From positions 1 through 64,000 of the forward strand of contig KZ538247.1 of assembly GCA_000934665.2 (NCBI GenBank): 64,000 bases of DNA, in the 5' to 3' direction. Source of the DNA: Catajapyx aquilonaris. Its lineage: Eukaryota. A program made the position numbers and the translations under genes. Below the pieces are notes generated by a model. The model saw nothing but the letters and a program-made list of their open reading frames with translations, did no database searches and was not told the DNA's origin. Of the stretch, positions 1-14,400 are shown piece after piece; position 1 is the first letter of the stretch, and each line of letters opens with the position of its first letter.

Positions 1-1434
1 GAAATATTAATATATCGATAACTAAATTTAATCTCGTAAAACTGATTGCTCCATAAGGGTTCAATTGGATGTGGGTTTCACATATATATTTTTTTTTAAA
101 ATCGAAGACCATGACTGGGCACCCTCCGTCTGGATTGAAATGGAACCAGCCTACTGTTTTATCGGAAGTTAAAGGGAAGAAAATTGCAGTGGATGGTCAT
201 AGGTTTATAATTCGACGCTATAGGTACCAGTTTTCGACACACTTTACGTGGACTTTGATTGGACACACAAGAACACTCGAAAAGATTTTTACTGCTAAAT
301 TTCACTTCAGCTTCAGCTAGAAATTATCTGCCTTTTTGATTGATTCGTATTCCATCATATTGCGGAGTGCAGTGTCCGCCACACTAAATTTCGCTCTTTC
401 ACATTGAACTAATTTTTTTGGTGCCCACACTTGAGTTAAAACAGTGGCTCTAAAATGTTATCTCAAAGCCCCGACTAGAGTTGGAGTGTGCCAGAAGGAT
501 GACATACTACCTGCAGTGCCCTCCGTCACATACATCACCTGCAAAAATGAAGTAATTAAGAACAACCAAGTGTCCCAAATTTGATGTCCTCGATGGCACA
601 TGAATCAAGTTCCTCCTGAGCGCATTCTAACGAGGCATTTGAGCCAGCACCTCATCCCAAAACTTTTTGAGCCAGCAGACAGCAGCACCGCAGCGGAATG
701 ATAATTTCAGGGCAACTAGGTCGAATCTAAACCTCCATCCCTCCCCTTCCAAACATCCAGCCCTTACTTGTCACAACAAGTCGGCATAAACCGACTGCCT
801 GTCATCCTGATTATCGCACCGGAAACTATAGTAAGACCCACGCAAAACAAGTTTGTAAAGTTAGTAACAGATTGGTCCTATGATCAGAACTGACACTTTG
901 GAAACAGGAGGTTGCCATTTTTGTACAAAAAAAATGCTGCAAATTTTTTTTTGAGAACCTTTTTTTAGTGCAGTTGCAGGGAGGAATGCGGGTGCCTGTA
1001 ATTGCCACCGGAATTAATTATTTCTTCCCTTCATCTCCACTCTTTGCTGGCGCAGGAAACAGCCAGCGGCAAGCCCACCCATTCACCAAGATGGATTCCG
1101 ACCTTGCCTTTTTTTATATGGAAGTGAAAAAAAAACCTCGAGCTTGAGCCTTACCGTTCCGCTTGCTGGATCTAAAAGTGAGCCGCAGCCCTAACCAGAG
1201 TAGTCGCATTTTTTTGAAGCAGGAAATATTTGGCCTAAGGGGTCGTCTCTTAGTTGGAGGAAATGTGAGGTTCAGAATTTGAGTGCCACTCAACTGATCA
1301 CATCCAGGTTACATCTATGAGAAAGTTTTTTTCAATAATTTTGTTATTCAGACAGGTAGAAAATATTTTCGGATTGTATGGGATATTTTTTTAACTATTA
1401 GATTTGTCAAACATTGGCTGAGTGAGTATATATA

Positions 1435-1655
1435 TCTAGAATATTAAAATCCTTGCGGGAGTTGGCCGAGCCCTCTGATTGGACCGCTCATATTGTTACC
1501 GCCACCTCCCCATTGGCCCGCGTTCTACTCATGCGCAATGGGGGTGTAAACAACTCCTGTTGGGTTGCCGGGGAAACTGTCCATTCCCCGGCGATATGGT
1601 GCGCCGAATAGGTACCCCAGGCCGTAGGCCTAGAAAAGAGCGAGCGTTTTCCTAG
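1435..1655 (+). mobile_element. Non-autonomous Helitron-like element, copy 1
   Basis: Starts A|TCTAGAATATTAAAATC, ends with subterminal hairpin AGGCCGTAGGCCT and CTAG|T. Body (tgattgg...ttgttaccgc...attgg...ttctactcatgcgcaatggg) recurs at 17314 and, inverted, near 34020-34143. Confidence 0.65.
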
Positions 1656-1756
1656 TTTATAATATTAAAATCATTCATTGTTTTCGCGAATGATTGGCCC
1701 CATTCTGCGCCTGAGCAATGGAAGGAGGCATCGCCTCTGGTGGATAGCAGAACTAG
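1656..1756 (+). mobile_element. Second, shorter Helitron-like unit head-to-tail with copy 1
   Basis: Begins TTTATAATATTAAAATCATTC directly after the CTAG of copy 1. Contains tgattgg...gcaatgg...cgcctctggtgg and ends gaaCTAG|T. Colinear with 17314-17411. Confidence 0.55.
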
Positions 1757-2329
1757 TTTCAAACTAATTTTAAGACCAAAATGTGAGTGATACTCAGATA
1801 TTCATATAGGTTGATGATAGAGCCAAAGCTTCACAATAGTTCGATTTTTCCTGAAAGGTATAAGCTTCCTAAAAGCTATTTGGGACCGAAGCATCAGCTT
1901 GAAAATCCACAAGGCGATCAAGAATTTCGCTATCTCCTATTTTTTTCTCTAAAAAAATTCGATACGCCCAGCTCTGGCAGTGCATTCGGATTTTTTTTCC
2001 TCTATTGTTCCTGCCTGGAGCTAGCTGGTGGTCGGGTGTTCTTAAAAACACCACAACCCAGGCTGAAATGTAGGGCACGGCTCTACGAACAAATGAATCT
2101 GCTTCGGACTTGGCACCGGGTATGACGATGAGAATGACTGGTGGGTGGGAGTAAGAGGATGCCCATGAAAAGGCCAAAAGTGTTTCATCGCCGGTTGCAT
2201 TTTAACAAGCGGTGGCTTGCTTTTTTTGGGCAGGGGGGTAGGGATGGTGCAAGAGGTTAGCCTGGGGCGAGTTATCCACTCTGAAAATTGGTCTGGGCCC
2301 CCCCAAAAAGCGCCTGCTGCAGCCTAGCG

Positions 2330-2570
2330 CTCATTTGTTCCGCACTAACTCACCATCACGCTTCGTTTCATCTCCGCCGCCGCCGCCAAAAACCTGGAGT
2401 TTCAAAAAAAAAACTAGAGTCTGCGCACATCCTCAAAAAACTTAAGTCTATCTGCAGCAGGAGGAACTTCATTTTTTTCCGGTAGTCCCAACTGCATCAA
2501 TCCTAGTCGAGCGGAACATCAGTGACCACTCACGGAGCAATCAATTTTGTCCAGGGCTATACTTGTGTGT
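2330..2570 (+). other. Possible non-coding first exon of the long isoform
   Basis: Inr-like TCATTT near 2330, a CCG-repeat/CpG-containing stretch and a consensus donor gtaagt at 2571. The exon at 16560 has an acceptor and so needs an upstream exon. Otherwise unsupported. Confidence 0.25.
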
Positions 2571-5500
2571 GTAAGTGAGTTAGCGCCAGGCATTCATTGG
2601 TATTCGCGAAATCATGCCATCTCCGTTGCATCGATTTTCAGAAACAACTTGAAATGTCACGCCGAGTCGATAGGAAGAAGAGGGAATAGGGGGTTCTCTC
2701 TCCTGAAGGGATATAATAGGTGTAATCAATAATGTTCGATTTGGGGAGCGAAAAAACCTGCAAAAAAAAGGAAGTGATGTTAGTCACCCAATTTTAGATG
2801 CCTAAAAATAATGCAGGTCGATGATCAGGAATTATTTTTGATTCTAGAGTTCAATTGAATGGGAGTGCTGGAGTAAACTCCCTGGCCACTTCTTGAATTG
2901 GGAATCACACTGTACAGTATCTCTACAGTACCAGTCCTTTACATTCACAAAGATTTGAAAACCCGACAAGCTCCACTCTTGTTTTCAGACATTATTACGA
3001 TATGAAAGGGAGCACCCAAATGGCATAAAAAAGGACCACATTCATGCATACTGCTCTTCAAAAAAAAAACCTTCATAATTCTCCACATTTGGGACATGCC
3101 CACACAAAAAAATCGTTACAATTAATTCTAAAATATGCAACCGAATGCGCATGAAACACATTACAACTTTCCCGAGGGAGGAACCCCTCTGTGTCCTTTC
3201 CCCCCAAAAAATGCAAGCCCAGTAAACATATCCAACAAGCCATAAGGGCCTAAGAAGTGCAGTTGAAATGGTATCACGAGGAATAGAAATAGAAATAGAG
3301 AATGGAGCCGGGCACACGTTGGGTTTTTGGAGAGTATAGAAGAGTAGTTATGGAGGCCAAACAGTGCAGTTTGGAAGGTTGGTCCTGGCTCCATTGCGTT
3401 AGTTTGGCGAAACAGGCAGGCCTACGGGTTATGGGCCTCCGGAGGCCTATCCGGAGCGAAATGGCGGGCGCTTGGTCGTGACAGCCGCCGCCTATCTCGT
3501 CCCCAAGCACGCCCCCATCCAGGCCAGCATTTACGGCCCCAATAACTGCCCCGGGGCTGCTGTCTGCCTGCCTGCAGCTGCATCATTGCATGCACCAACA
3601 GGCCCAAGTGCAGCACACCCCCACAGGAAAAGGACACTACTATATGTACTATCATGGACTACCATGGATAGACTCTCTCCGGAGTTGGGGAGGACCAGGC
3701 CCGGATTATCCTTATGGGTTTAGATGAGTGCCACTTGTGGCTGGAGAGAGAGCACCACGTGAGATGACGTGCATATGTATCTCAAGTCAACAGGGTTCTA
3801 AAAGTGGAGGTTGCACGAAATGATGTTGCAGAATTATTTGAAGACAACCAACAGTGACAATCAAACAATTTTAATGAAATGACCCGCCGATTTACCACCT
3901 AATACTATTTTTCACGCATAGATGGCGCATACTTCCTCTGCACACTCCTGCCACACTCAGGCCGTGCGAGAAATAGCAACAAAAATCAGGAGAAAAACCT
4001 ATTAGAAGAAAGATTATTAACTGCAATTAAATGAGTAGAAAACACAGTGGTTCTAGTGAAAGTCTCATGGAAGCGGCAGAAAAGTGCATTGTCTCGTACA
4101 GTCAGTGGGCGTCGGATCGCTTAATCGATACCACCCGAAATAGTGTTGCTAATAATGCATTGCATTTCTTAGCACGTGGTATGGCATGGCCAATATATCT
4201 TGACGTAAGGTTGTACTTATTATAGGCTATCCACTTAAATATACATGACCTGTATATCTCTTAATCGACAGGCTCATCACATTTATAATGGAACGCTTGT
4301 TTTAGCACATTCCTGGATGGTTAGCTCCAAATTTTGATGGACAATGACAAGAACTCAACGTCACATTGTTGACAGAAGTGGGGCGATTACACTGGGTATT
4401 AGATCAGTAGCAAAGTATGGTAATTTGTATGTGTTCTGAAAGCAGCATGGACTTTTGCAGTTTTAGAGATTTTTTTTCTGGAACATTTTCTCCTAAAACC
4501 CTGTCGACTGGCTTATACGTCCCAGTCAGCAATTGGGGACATTGCTGACTGCTGAGAAGGCGGCCTCGCTCAAAAGTAACCCTCTCGTTGTAATAATACG
4601 ACCGGAGGGGGTAATGGGTGACATCTGCTGTCCGGAATCACCTGCCAGAGAGCCGAGCAGGGTGCGGCCTTCCTGTAGACATTACTCATATTTTTGGGAC
4701 AAGGTTTTGGGAACGAAATGCGGGGGTAGGTCGCAAGCAGCATCCCCAGCAGCCAGCCCATAACCACAGCGATAAATCCGCACTCGATTTCCGTTGGGCA
4801 ACCGGCCAAGACAAAGACTTTGCTCTCGTATGTACCCTCGGCCTTTGCTATTCCCAAACCTCTCCCTATCTATTCCTTTACTTTTTTTTTCGAGGGAAAA
4901 AAAGAGTGTCCCCAGCACCTTTATCGCTGGGATCTCCCGGACAACGAAGGGCTCTCCCACTCAGTCGCTTCAATTCCATTCCGGATTTCTCTTCTGCCTT
5001 TCCCCCCAACTTCTAACGCGACAATTTTCCCTAGGGTCTTGATCTGGTTCGAGGGGGGTTGGTAGAGGGTGGGTTGGATGCCAGGCTGGCTGCCCATGCA
5101 TGCTGGGGGATCCCCCCAGCCACACGCGACTATATTGCCAGATTAGGTAGGCACTTATCCAAATCAGGCCATTTACATATCGATGTGACTCTGGGGCTGC
5201 CAGGCTCTACCGGGGGCTTTTGGAGTTGCCAGCTATTTAAAGAATGGTATAGGGAGGGGGTGGGATGCTGGGAATGGTAAATAACAAAAACTGGGTCGAA
5301 TTTGTTGGGTGTCAGCTTATGGAGCTGCCATGCTGTCATCGGGGGCAGCGGGTATTTGGAGCAGTGGTGTCATAGTGTGGAAAAAAAATATTTCTAGCCG
5401 ATATTTAGTAGGACAGGGGATGAGAAAATCGATTTAAAAAAAAAAATGGAGGACAACACATAGCAAACCTTATGTGGGCAAGAATTTTACATCAAGCGTT

Positions 5501-6846
5501 TTTGTTTGATGGTCGAGTGAAGGGGTTGCGTAAAACATCTCGCTAACGTTTTAATTCTCGATGTGTGGGTTGAATTATTCATTCCGTATACATTACTTTT
5601 TAGCGCTCACGTATGTATAATAGCTGCATGCAAATATGATGCTAAAGCTTTGAAAAAAAATGACTACTCAAAAGAATACATTGTTGTAACACGTCAGGTG
5701 CTTCACTCCGCTACTGGTTGAATGACAGCAACTTTTGTGCTGCATGGGAATTTATCGTGGCAAATATTTGAACCTGACTGTCCCTAAATTTTTTGGGGGG
5801 GAAGGAAGCTGGGTCTGCCATGGCCTGTAATCGACACCTCCGGCAGTTGCCGGTTTACGTGAAAATAAGCAACGTCGGATCGGATCGACAGGAGAGTCGG
5901 AGGTGGGGGGTACAGGGGTGGTCATGGTGAGTGGATGTCATTGTAACATAGGCGCGTGTAAATGTGTGTGTGCGAGTGCAGGCGATCCGGTTGAGTTGTG
6001 TCGGCGGCGCCAGTTGCAATCAGAGTGGGCCAAGCCGCATGTGGCAGCCCTCAAAATCAATCAAATAGTCGCCGGGCTTAATTAAAGCCAACTGGCTGGG
6101 GCTGTTGCCTACACTCTGCCTCTTTTCCCCCAATCGACCTCTGCCCTCCCATGATAGTTCTGCTCCGACGAAACCAAAAAACCCGTGGTTTTTTTACCCA
6201 TCTCCGAGTGAGATGTGCAGGACCGGATATTCAAACCAGAGCAGCAGCTTCAGTCTACCATACTAATGTCCTCTTCGTCCAAAGACAACATTGGTTCGGG
6301 CTAGGATAATCCATAAGCCCGCGTGGGCTATACCATGGGTTTGGTAACCTCCGCTTCCTGCTGCTTCTAATTGCTAAGAGCCCCCTGATCGAACTCGCGT
6401 TGTGCTGTACCCCAATGTATTTCTAGCGCTTCAAACTTTTGGAGTTTAGCCCACTTTCCACTGCTTTTTTTGTGGAAAGACTATACCCCTTCCCCCGGAG
6501 TCTCTACATGGCATCAAAACTTTCTTCGATATCACCCGATTCGATACTCGAAGTAAGCCATTCAATGCCCTCTTTCCATCCCACTGACTTTTACAGTGTC
6601 TGCTTCTCCAATAAAGAGAGGAAGGGGGGTATTGCCTACGAGGCACAGTGTTAATACCCTGGTTCTCGTTTTTGCGAAGCTCTTGGATCCGCTCCCATAA
6701 AAATGGCTGCAATTTACATATTTATCAGACAATTCTGCCGCTCCTTAACTGACAACAATGCACACTCCGAGTCATTTAGCAGCCCAGTAAAAGTTTGTTG
6801 CCTCATACGATTTAAGTGGCTCGAATCGTACCATAAGTAAAAATGT

Positions 6847-6929
6847 AGCTCAAATTCTTTTGGCAACTTTATCCTGGCAACCCTTCGCACAGGCCCCACC
6901 GTGAGGAAGTGTGTGAAGGGTTGCTTCAA
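6847..6929. mobile_element. Truncated copy of the 47610-47760 MITE-like family
   Basis: gctcaaattcttttggcaactttatcctggcaacccttcgcacaggccccaccgtgaggaagtgtgtgaagggttgcttcaa shares the left arm, loop and inner right arm. Confidence 0.75.
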
Positions 6930-9900
6930 TACGTTTAATGTTCAATGCGTTTAATTTTTTAAAACTACGTAATTGACATCTTGTTGATTAACCTGAGTGA
7001 AATTTTGGTAGTGTGTTTTTTAAATTAAATATTGCCATTTTGGCGCATATGTGGTAGCATTATAGTGAGAGTAAAAAAATGGGTTTGATGCTGCTGGTGC
7101 TTGGCGCCATTGGCGGTGGGAAGGACAACCAAGAGCCACTTGCTGCTTTCCACCCACCCACATCGATCCATCCACGATGCCCACACTGCAGATTTTGGCT
7201 GGACGGGCAGGCATACCTCTACCTCATTTTCGCATACATTAAAAACCCTTCATGTCGGCTGCAAGTTCACTTCTCTGAGTTTCTCATTCATCTTCCACCA
7301 CGTTTTCTGGGTTGTCGACACCCTCTTCCGTGTCCGACGGAGGACAGGAAGTGCCGTTCTACCCCGATTGCTTCGGTGATACAGATAAAGTCACACACAC
7401 GCGGGGCTTGTCTGGCACGCTTTTCTGGATAAGCAGTCACTTCAGGAGGAATGTGGCCACGTTTGCAAGTATTTTTTTTTTGCCAGCATAATTAAGAATG
7501 AGTGACAACCAGCTGTTGTTATATGCAATACGCACTCATCTAATTTTTGTGACCTAAAATTGATTCAACGTGTTTTAAAAAAAATAAGCTATGCATTTAT
7601 GCGACCTTGTCAGAAGTCAATTTTGCAAACTACTGCCATCCCGGGCCCGTCGGCAAAGCGGGAAAAATATGCCGCAGGTTTGGAAAATTATCACTGACGT
7701 CCGCATAGTGCCACCCGCCGGCTATGTAGAGCGAAATAGCGATACATATTTCATAGAGCATTACCGTAAAGCTCAAGTTGAACAACTTTGGGAGGAAGAA
7801 TATTCTACGCCTGCATCCTATACAATCCGTGATACCGAGGTGCGGTTGCGTACAAGTCAGGATATACCGAGCATAAGACGGTACCGTACAGTCAGATATA
7901 TAGTACTTGGTTTATTTATTTGTAGGATAGCGTGCGGGACGTTTAAAGCGTGACTAATATATTCACCTTGGATGGCCCTATAACTTAGAGCTGAGAGCCA
8001 ATATGGAACAGACGCACCTTTGTCAACACTGAGATTAGATGCGCCCCTATTATGCAAAGGGTTCATTAGCATATAAAGGATTAATGCATTTTTTGGAGCT
8101 TGAAATAATGGAACTGGCCTACTTCTGCAGGAATTGCAGTTTTTTGTAATCCCTCAGACGTGCGGTATTAAGTAATAACTTCAACTGCAAAAAATTTGTA
8201 CCAAAATCTCTTGCCATTATTTGTAATTTTAATTGCTCATGTGCGGGGGAGGACAGCCAAAAACTCAGTATTATTGGTGTCATAAATCCTAACATCGAAG
8301 ATAAATAGTATAGATTCAATGTTTACTACGACTCGCTGGAAAATATTTCTTCCACTACCTAATTATTTTTCACTCATACACCAAAAACTCCGAGTGCGGT
8401 GTTTACCAGTTAGCTGTTGTTTCACCTAACAAAATTGCTGGCACCCCTGCATTTAATTAGCATTTTCCCTATAAAAAGTTTTCCAGCGCGCTCGCCATTC
8501 CACCCCCTCCAAAGTTGGCTAACGCTCCAAAAAATTCGAAAGCCCAAGCTATAGGTAATCAGCCCTTTCTAATTAGGCAATCAAAAATAGCTACAACTTT
8601 GCAGCCCGCTTGTTTGTCCAAGAATTAATAGAGAAGTTGGCAGCCAGCTGAGCATCCCCCTAAACACATAAGCTTTACAAAGCACCTTGACTAAGAAGCA
8701 AGGTGCAACTTACTGACCACTATTCCTACCCAGAAAAAAAAGGATGCAGTTGAATTAAAAGGGCGAATCGTCCAATTTCCCAAGGGAATCGTTGTTGGGT
8801 CCAGCAGCCAGCCCCCCACCAGCAGCAACCATTCACACCAACTGCTATCAGACCAAAGCAGTTTCGCTTTGTGGAAAGGATTTAGGCAGAAAAAGGAGGA
8901 AAGCGTGTCCCCAGTGCATGCCGGACAGCAACGTGGTCCAGCGGAAATAGAGCAGGTCTGGGGATTGGGGACCCGGATTAGAGATTGGATTGCCTCGGAT
9001 TGGATTGGAGAGACGAGTGCACCCCCCTCGAATCGAGTCCGTCCGTCCGTCGCGTTCGTCCGCCCAACTGCGCTCAACTCGATGGAGATTGAGCCTTGCA
9101 ACCAGCCCTTGCAACTGCTGACTCCGGGGGATCTCGGTATCCCATCGCAATACACTCACTGCACTGGGGAAGGTCTCACAGGTTAGATCTTTGAATAGTA
9201 GAATGGGCTAAATCAACAATGTAATTAACAGTTAAATGCTTGAGAAGTCAGGTCTGCTCTGAGGCTCGAAATAATCACAATTATATGTACAGAATTGGCT
9301 TCCTCTGTGTGTGTATGACGCGGGTATGACGTCATGTGAGAGCGGCAGTAGCAACTTTAAAATAAAGTAACTTTACCTGAATTTGTTACGGTGGCACAGA
9401 CTCTTCGTGAGACAATAAAACCTGTTTCCCATGCCGCATCCTATTTTGGTCCATGACATCCGTGAGAACCAGACATAATGAGTGTTTTGCTACCGACTGC
9501 AGCCCCCTTCTTCTTGGAAACTCCTTGGCAATCAAGAGCGGTTTACCACGCCGCCTTGACAATAACGGCCGGAAACAGCACAGCCGTAAAGTCTTTTCCA
9601 GCCACGATCTCCCAAACATTTTGTCAGGCACAATACGCTGTCCGGGGGAGCATGCTTGGATATCACATGAAAAAAGAAAAGATTGGACCAGGAGGATGTA
9701 GATGATGAGTTATAGGGTCTGCAGAGATAGCTGGAGCTATAGGCGCCTCTCTCGTCCTCTGGTAATGGCCACTCCAAGCCCAATTTCCTAAGGCCGCTGC
9801 CCTGACTCGTAAAGAATCTCGTAAACGGCCGCACCAACCCTGCTCCGGATTTTGCCCCCCCTCTCTTTCTGACGTCACAAATGCCCCTAGAGAGGCTATG

Positions 9901-11340
9901 GGGCAAGTTTGATCTGACCATGCAGAAGAGAGAGGGGCGGAGGGAAAAAAAACACACACGTTGTTCCCAGTTGGGAATGTAGGAATGTAGGTGGTCCATG
10001 CAGCAGGCGGGGTGGGGCGGCGGCAGCTGCACCAAGACAGAGAGAGACCTCTGCATACAGACGAGGGCATTAGTGGGGCGTGGGGCAAAAGGGTATGGGG
10101 GGGATCGATGGCCGCCTGCCTGCCTCCCTTTTGCTTCACTGCATGGCCCCCCAGACCATTTCCCCACCCAATATCCCTCCGATCGCCCCCTTTCATTCCT
10201 ATTCCTCCTGTCCACGTGCCGGCACCGACTGTTACCGGGGAACAACAACATTGCATGGTGTGGCGGTCGGGGGCTGACCTATATTTAGGACGGGGCCACG
10301 GGGGGGNGAAGGTCTGAATTCATTTCCAGGAAATCATCAGACTGCGGGTAATTAAGGAGGGCTGGTGCGTAATGGGTTCAGGGGAGGATGATATCCGTCA
10401 AGGCGGAGGGAAAAATGGGACTGACCTATCCGAACACGCTCAGGGCTAAATGGCTCAAGTTTGAGGTGAATCCGGGCGGTTAACCCAGACTCTAATTGAG
10501 TCTTCCCGTCCCCTACTAACTATAGAAGCTGAAGAATAACGAACAAAGTGCACAGTTTTCAGTTACCTGTTGGTTGTTGCTGCAGGTCACCATTTTGTTA
10601 CATGCGAGCTGGGTGTCAAAAAGTCATGATATGCGACCACTGCCTAATCGGATTAAGCCAGCAAATAAGCCGGAGATGCAACCTGCAGACTTGTCCAAAC
10701 GAGAGCAAACCCCCCTCTCTGAAAAGAGGTCAGAGGCCGAGTTGCCATAGGAGACAAGCCGTCTTCCACCACCTCCTCCTAACTCCCCCCAATTTTCCCC
10801 TCATCTCCCTGCTAATGAGCGAGGTTCCAACTACCCTCCCCATCCCTCCTGGGCTCCACCACCACCATCCGTTGCTATGGAATCACACTCGGAACAGACT
10901 ACTTTTCCTCCCCGTCCTCTGCAAAGCTATTTTCCGCTACTAGCAGGCAATTTCCCCTCGCTATACACTTCATCAACGTGTTGCCATGCTCCGGGATCAA
11001 AAACAAACCTTGTTTATGTGCTGGAGCCCACATACACTGCGAGTCAACCGCTGACTTTAGGCATTTTTTGGTCCCTACCCCCAGCAGTGGATCGATAGGT
11101 AGCGACATGCTCTAGGACTATAGACCGGTATGCAATATTGGGAAGCCTCGTGTGCAGCCTTGTTTTCCACCTGAAAAGGGGGTATGCCTGCCTGTCAATG
11201 GCGGCAGGGGGTCAGAGATGGGGCAAGGCCCCACGCAACCAGATTCATTCATTCTGCTCGGTACCTTTTGTTCGATACTGGGCTGCAACATTCTGCGAAT
11301 ACTCAATAGTTGGCATGTAAGTTAGTAGTCAAGGACGTCC

Positions 11341-11433
11341 AGGCCTAGCTATAGCAGAAGGCCTGAACCACATGGAGCTAGGCCTAGCTATAGCTGAACC
11401 GCATGGAGCTAGGCCTAGCTCCATGCGGCTCAG
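11341..11433. repeat. Nested palindromes with local duplication; 40-bp palindrome at 11394-11433 (1 mismatch)
   Basis: ctgaaccgcatggagctagg|cctagctccatgcggctcag, preceded by partial direct copies (aggcctagctatagc, ctgaaccacatggagctaggcctagct). Confidence 0.85.
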
Positions 11434-14400
11434 ACCCTTTCTCTCACAGAGTCACAGTCAAAGGTTTTTACTATAGACATTTTTTTAAAAAGCGAGATTT
11501 AGATAGAGTGAGAATGTAGTCCAGCTGTCTTGGTGAGATGCAGTCAGTTTCAGGCGGTGGACAAGATTTCGGGCTCTGATATATGATATCACTTTGTCCT
11601 GCTACGTGGGGGTTCGAGTAATGAAAAAAAAGAGTGGGCATGGCAACGCTATGGCAACGACGAGCTAGGGTCTCACGGGGTGGTTATGGTAAATGACACA
11701 GGAAAAATTGGTGCTTGAAACGGCTTCAAACTGTCATTTTTTGTCAGATGCAGTGTCCTTTTTACTGCAGGACAAGTCTTGCCTGATTTGTGTAAGAGTA
11801 ACATCTTGATTTTCTTCTAAGGTGAATCGTTGCTCTAATAGAATAACGAACGTTTTGAAATTGGAGCCTTATGTAGTACAAGTTAAAATAATCTTGCGGA
11901 GAACCCCTGGTTTATTTTGTCCTATTCCAAGAAGATGAATGGTGTCTATTTATGGACGATTTAAGCTCATGGCCAAAATAGACTACTTCTGTGGTTTATT
12001 TATGTAGAAGGTGACAAACTCTCTCCTTCAGCCTCGGAACGGCTATGGGAACTATCGAACTTTTCCAGCCAGATTTTAAGGCACCTCCCCACATGCACTT
12101 CTCCAACATCAAACTGCACTAAAAATGCACCTGGATACCTTCTAAGCCCGCGTAAAATCCCTTCTCTGTGGTATAAAAAAAATCTCCATAAAGCTCTGTT
12201 CAAGCTTCTCTATATCTGCTTATTATAACCCCACATTATGCTAACCTGTGTTTAGTTTAGCCTAGATACACTCACGCCGAGCCCTGCAATTTATAAATTA
12301 AAATTCTTATCGCCTGGGAATAATTTTCTCCGCGAGCAAAATTGCAGCATTTTAAGGAAGGGCGGTGGCGAAAAGGGGGCTATATGGAAAGTCCGGGAAT
12401 AAAAGTGTATTCTCCCAAAGGCCCCTCTCAACACAGAAGCACTACCAGAAGAGCCTAAAATATTCAAAGGAAGGATCGCACAAATAATTTGCCGTACTTA
12501 CAAATTCCATTAAAATTACATCCTTCCAGGTATTTTATTCAAGAAGGCCAAAAATCACGTTGTTATTGTAAAAAAAATAGCAATCACAGCTTGAAATAGC
12601 AGTCTGGTTGATACAAGAACTGTGAGGTGTGTTGTGTCTCTCAAGAAGCAAGTTTCAATTCAAGTGCTTGGAGGTGGAAAAGAGCAGGCTTGGAACCTCG
12701 AAGATCCAGAGCGTGGGGTGGTGATGGGTGAGGTGGAGGCCGCCCCCCGATTGGATCCGGGAGGTCCTATAAAGCTAGCTGAGTTTGTTCCGAGCCATTT
12801 GGCTGCAGCATCACGATGAGGATCTCTCTCTCTCTCTCCCTCCCTTCAACCTATATCCAGGCCTTTGACTCTATTCCACCACACCTACATGCCATTCCGC
12901 TAGAGTACACATACTGGATATGTAGGTAACTATGTGGCCCATGTAGCACAGCCGCAGTGCATGGTCCACCCACCCACCCACCAGGCTTTTATTCGCATTA
13001 GGCACACTTGGCATAAGCTGCCGGCAATAACGCCCAAACGACCATAATGGCTCCGTTTCATGTCCCGGTTGTGGTCCAGCTCTGGATGACATGCTCTCAG
13101 AATACAGAGCAACTAATTTTACAACTTACAGTAACTCGCTAAAACCTGACTTTGTTTGAGTCCAGAATTTTTCTAAAAAAAATGGACTTCATTAGTCAGA
13201 AATGCTCTACTGCATTCTTCTAGATGTGTCCTGACATAAATGGACGTGGGACAAGTGCAGGAACGAATTGGCCACGCCGCAATCAATTACCATTGGTGTT
13301 GGGGGTAAACTTTGTGTAAAGTGTATGAGACAGTGAAAAGTGCGGACTGGAATCCCCCTGAAAGAGGTGAATGAATGAATGGCATTCACTCTATGCGGTT
13401 TGATTTTTTTTTGGGGTCCCTCTAAAAGAGTGTCGTTGACGGAATGGAGGTTGGGGGGGGGGGGGGGGNGGAAGAGGAAAAAGCCAGCAGGCAGAATAGA
13501 AAAAGAGATGAAGTGATGGAGCGTGGACAGTTGGGTGTGGGCGGAGCTGCATCCATCATTCTCTTTCACCCCGACCACCAGCTTGCTAGCTATTCTTTTT
13601 CCCCTTACCCGCTGTATTTATTCTGCCTGGAAAGACCGATGAAGGAAGCCCATCCATATTGCTTTACTGAAACAGCTAAAATGTCAAGGATTCGAACAGC
13701 GGCCAGCATAGAAAGGTAGCCACAACATAATATCCTTTGATGGCTACAGAGTAGGGGTCAAAGCTCGAGCCTTGCTTGGGCCAGCCTGATGCTGATTAGC
13801 CCAGTGTAAACGGGCCTGCGGGAACTAATTTATTCATCAAAGGAGACTGAGACTCCCTAGGGATTTGAGATGCGGCAGCTAGCGCCCAAAACTCCTATAC
13901 CCCAACCCCACCAACTTGGGAGCAACTCGGGCTGTGGAGATAAGGAAAAGCCATCTCTTTATGGATCCTTCCAGTACCACTATCATGCTGTTGGCTCAAG
14001 GCACTACAATATCTGCACGCACATTCGTGCTCTATTCTTGCTTCCAGCCCAATGTGCAGGGTGTGTCGGAATGTCTGACTACTGTCTAGAAGAAGTCAAG
14101 CACCTCGTACTGCACCAATAGCCGCTTGGGGCCTGCATACGTGCTGGAGTCGAATCACCTTCATTGCAATGTACTGTACTGGTCTCTAAGGAGTCATAGA
14201 AGTGAACCAATTTTCTCTGGTGGTGGTTTTGTCAAGTCTCATTTTCTATGACAATGTAAATAAGCGGAAGTATCAAATTGTTGGCTTAAGTCCCTCCCTG
14301 GGTCGGAGTGGTGCAAGTTGCAGACGTATATGGGTGGGGGGGAAAAGCAAGCTTACAGTTGACTATATGGGAGGGTGAGGAAGGAAGGGAGATGGGGGGT

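Noticed and set aside
1732..1743. CGCCTCTGGTGG in the Helitron-like copies as a CTCF site
   Set aside because: The reverse complement CCACCAGAGGCG is one base short of the core spacing (CCACCAGRKGGCG).
9532..10256. Overlapping 239-aa and 197-aa minus-strand ORFs
   Set aside because: GC-rich stretch open in several frames, with no recognisable protein features or convincing splice structure.
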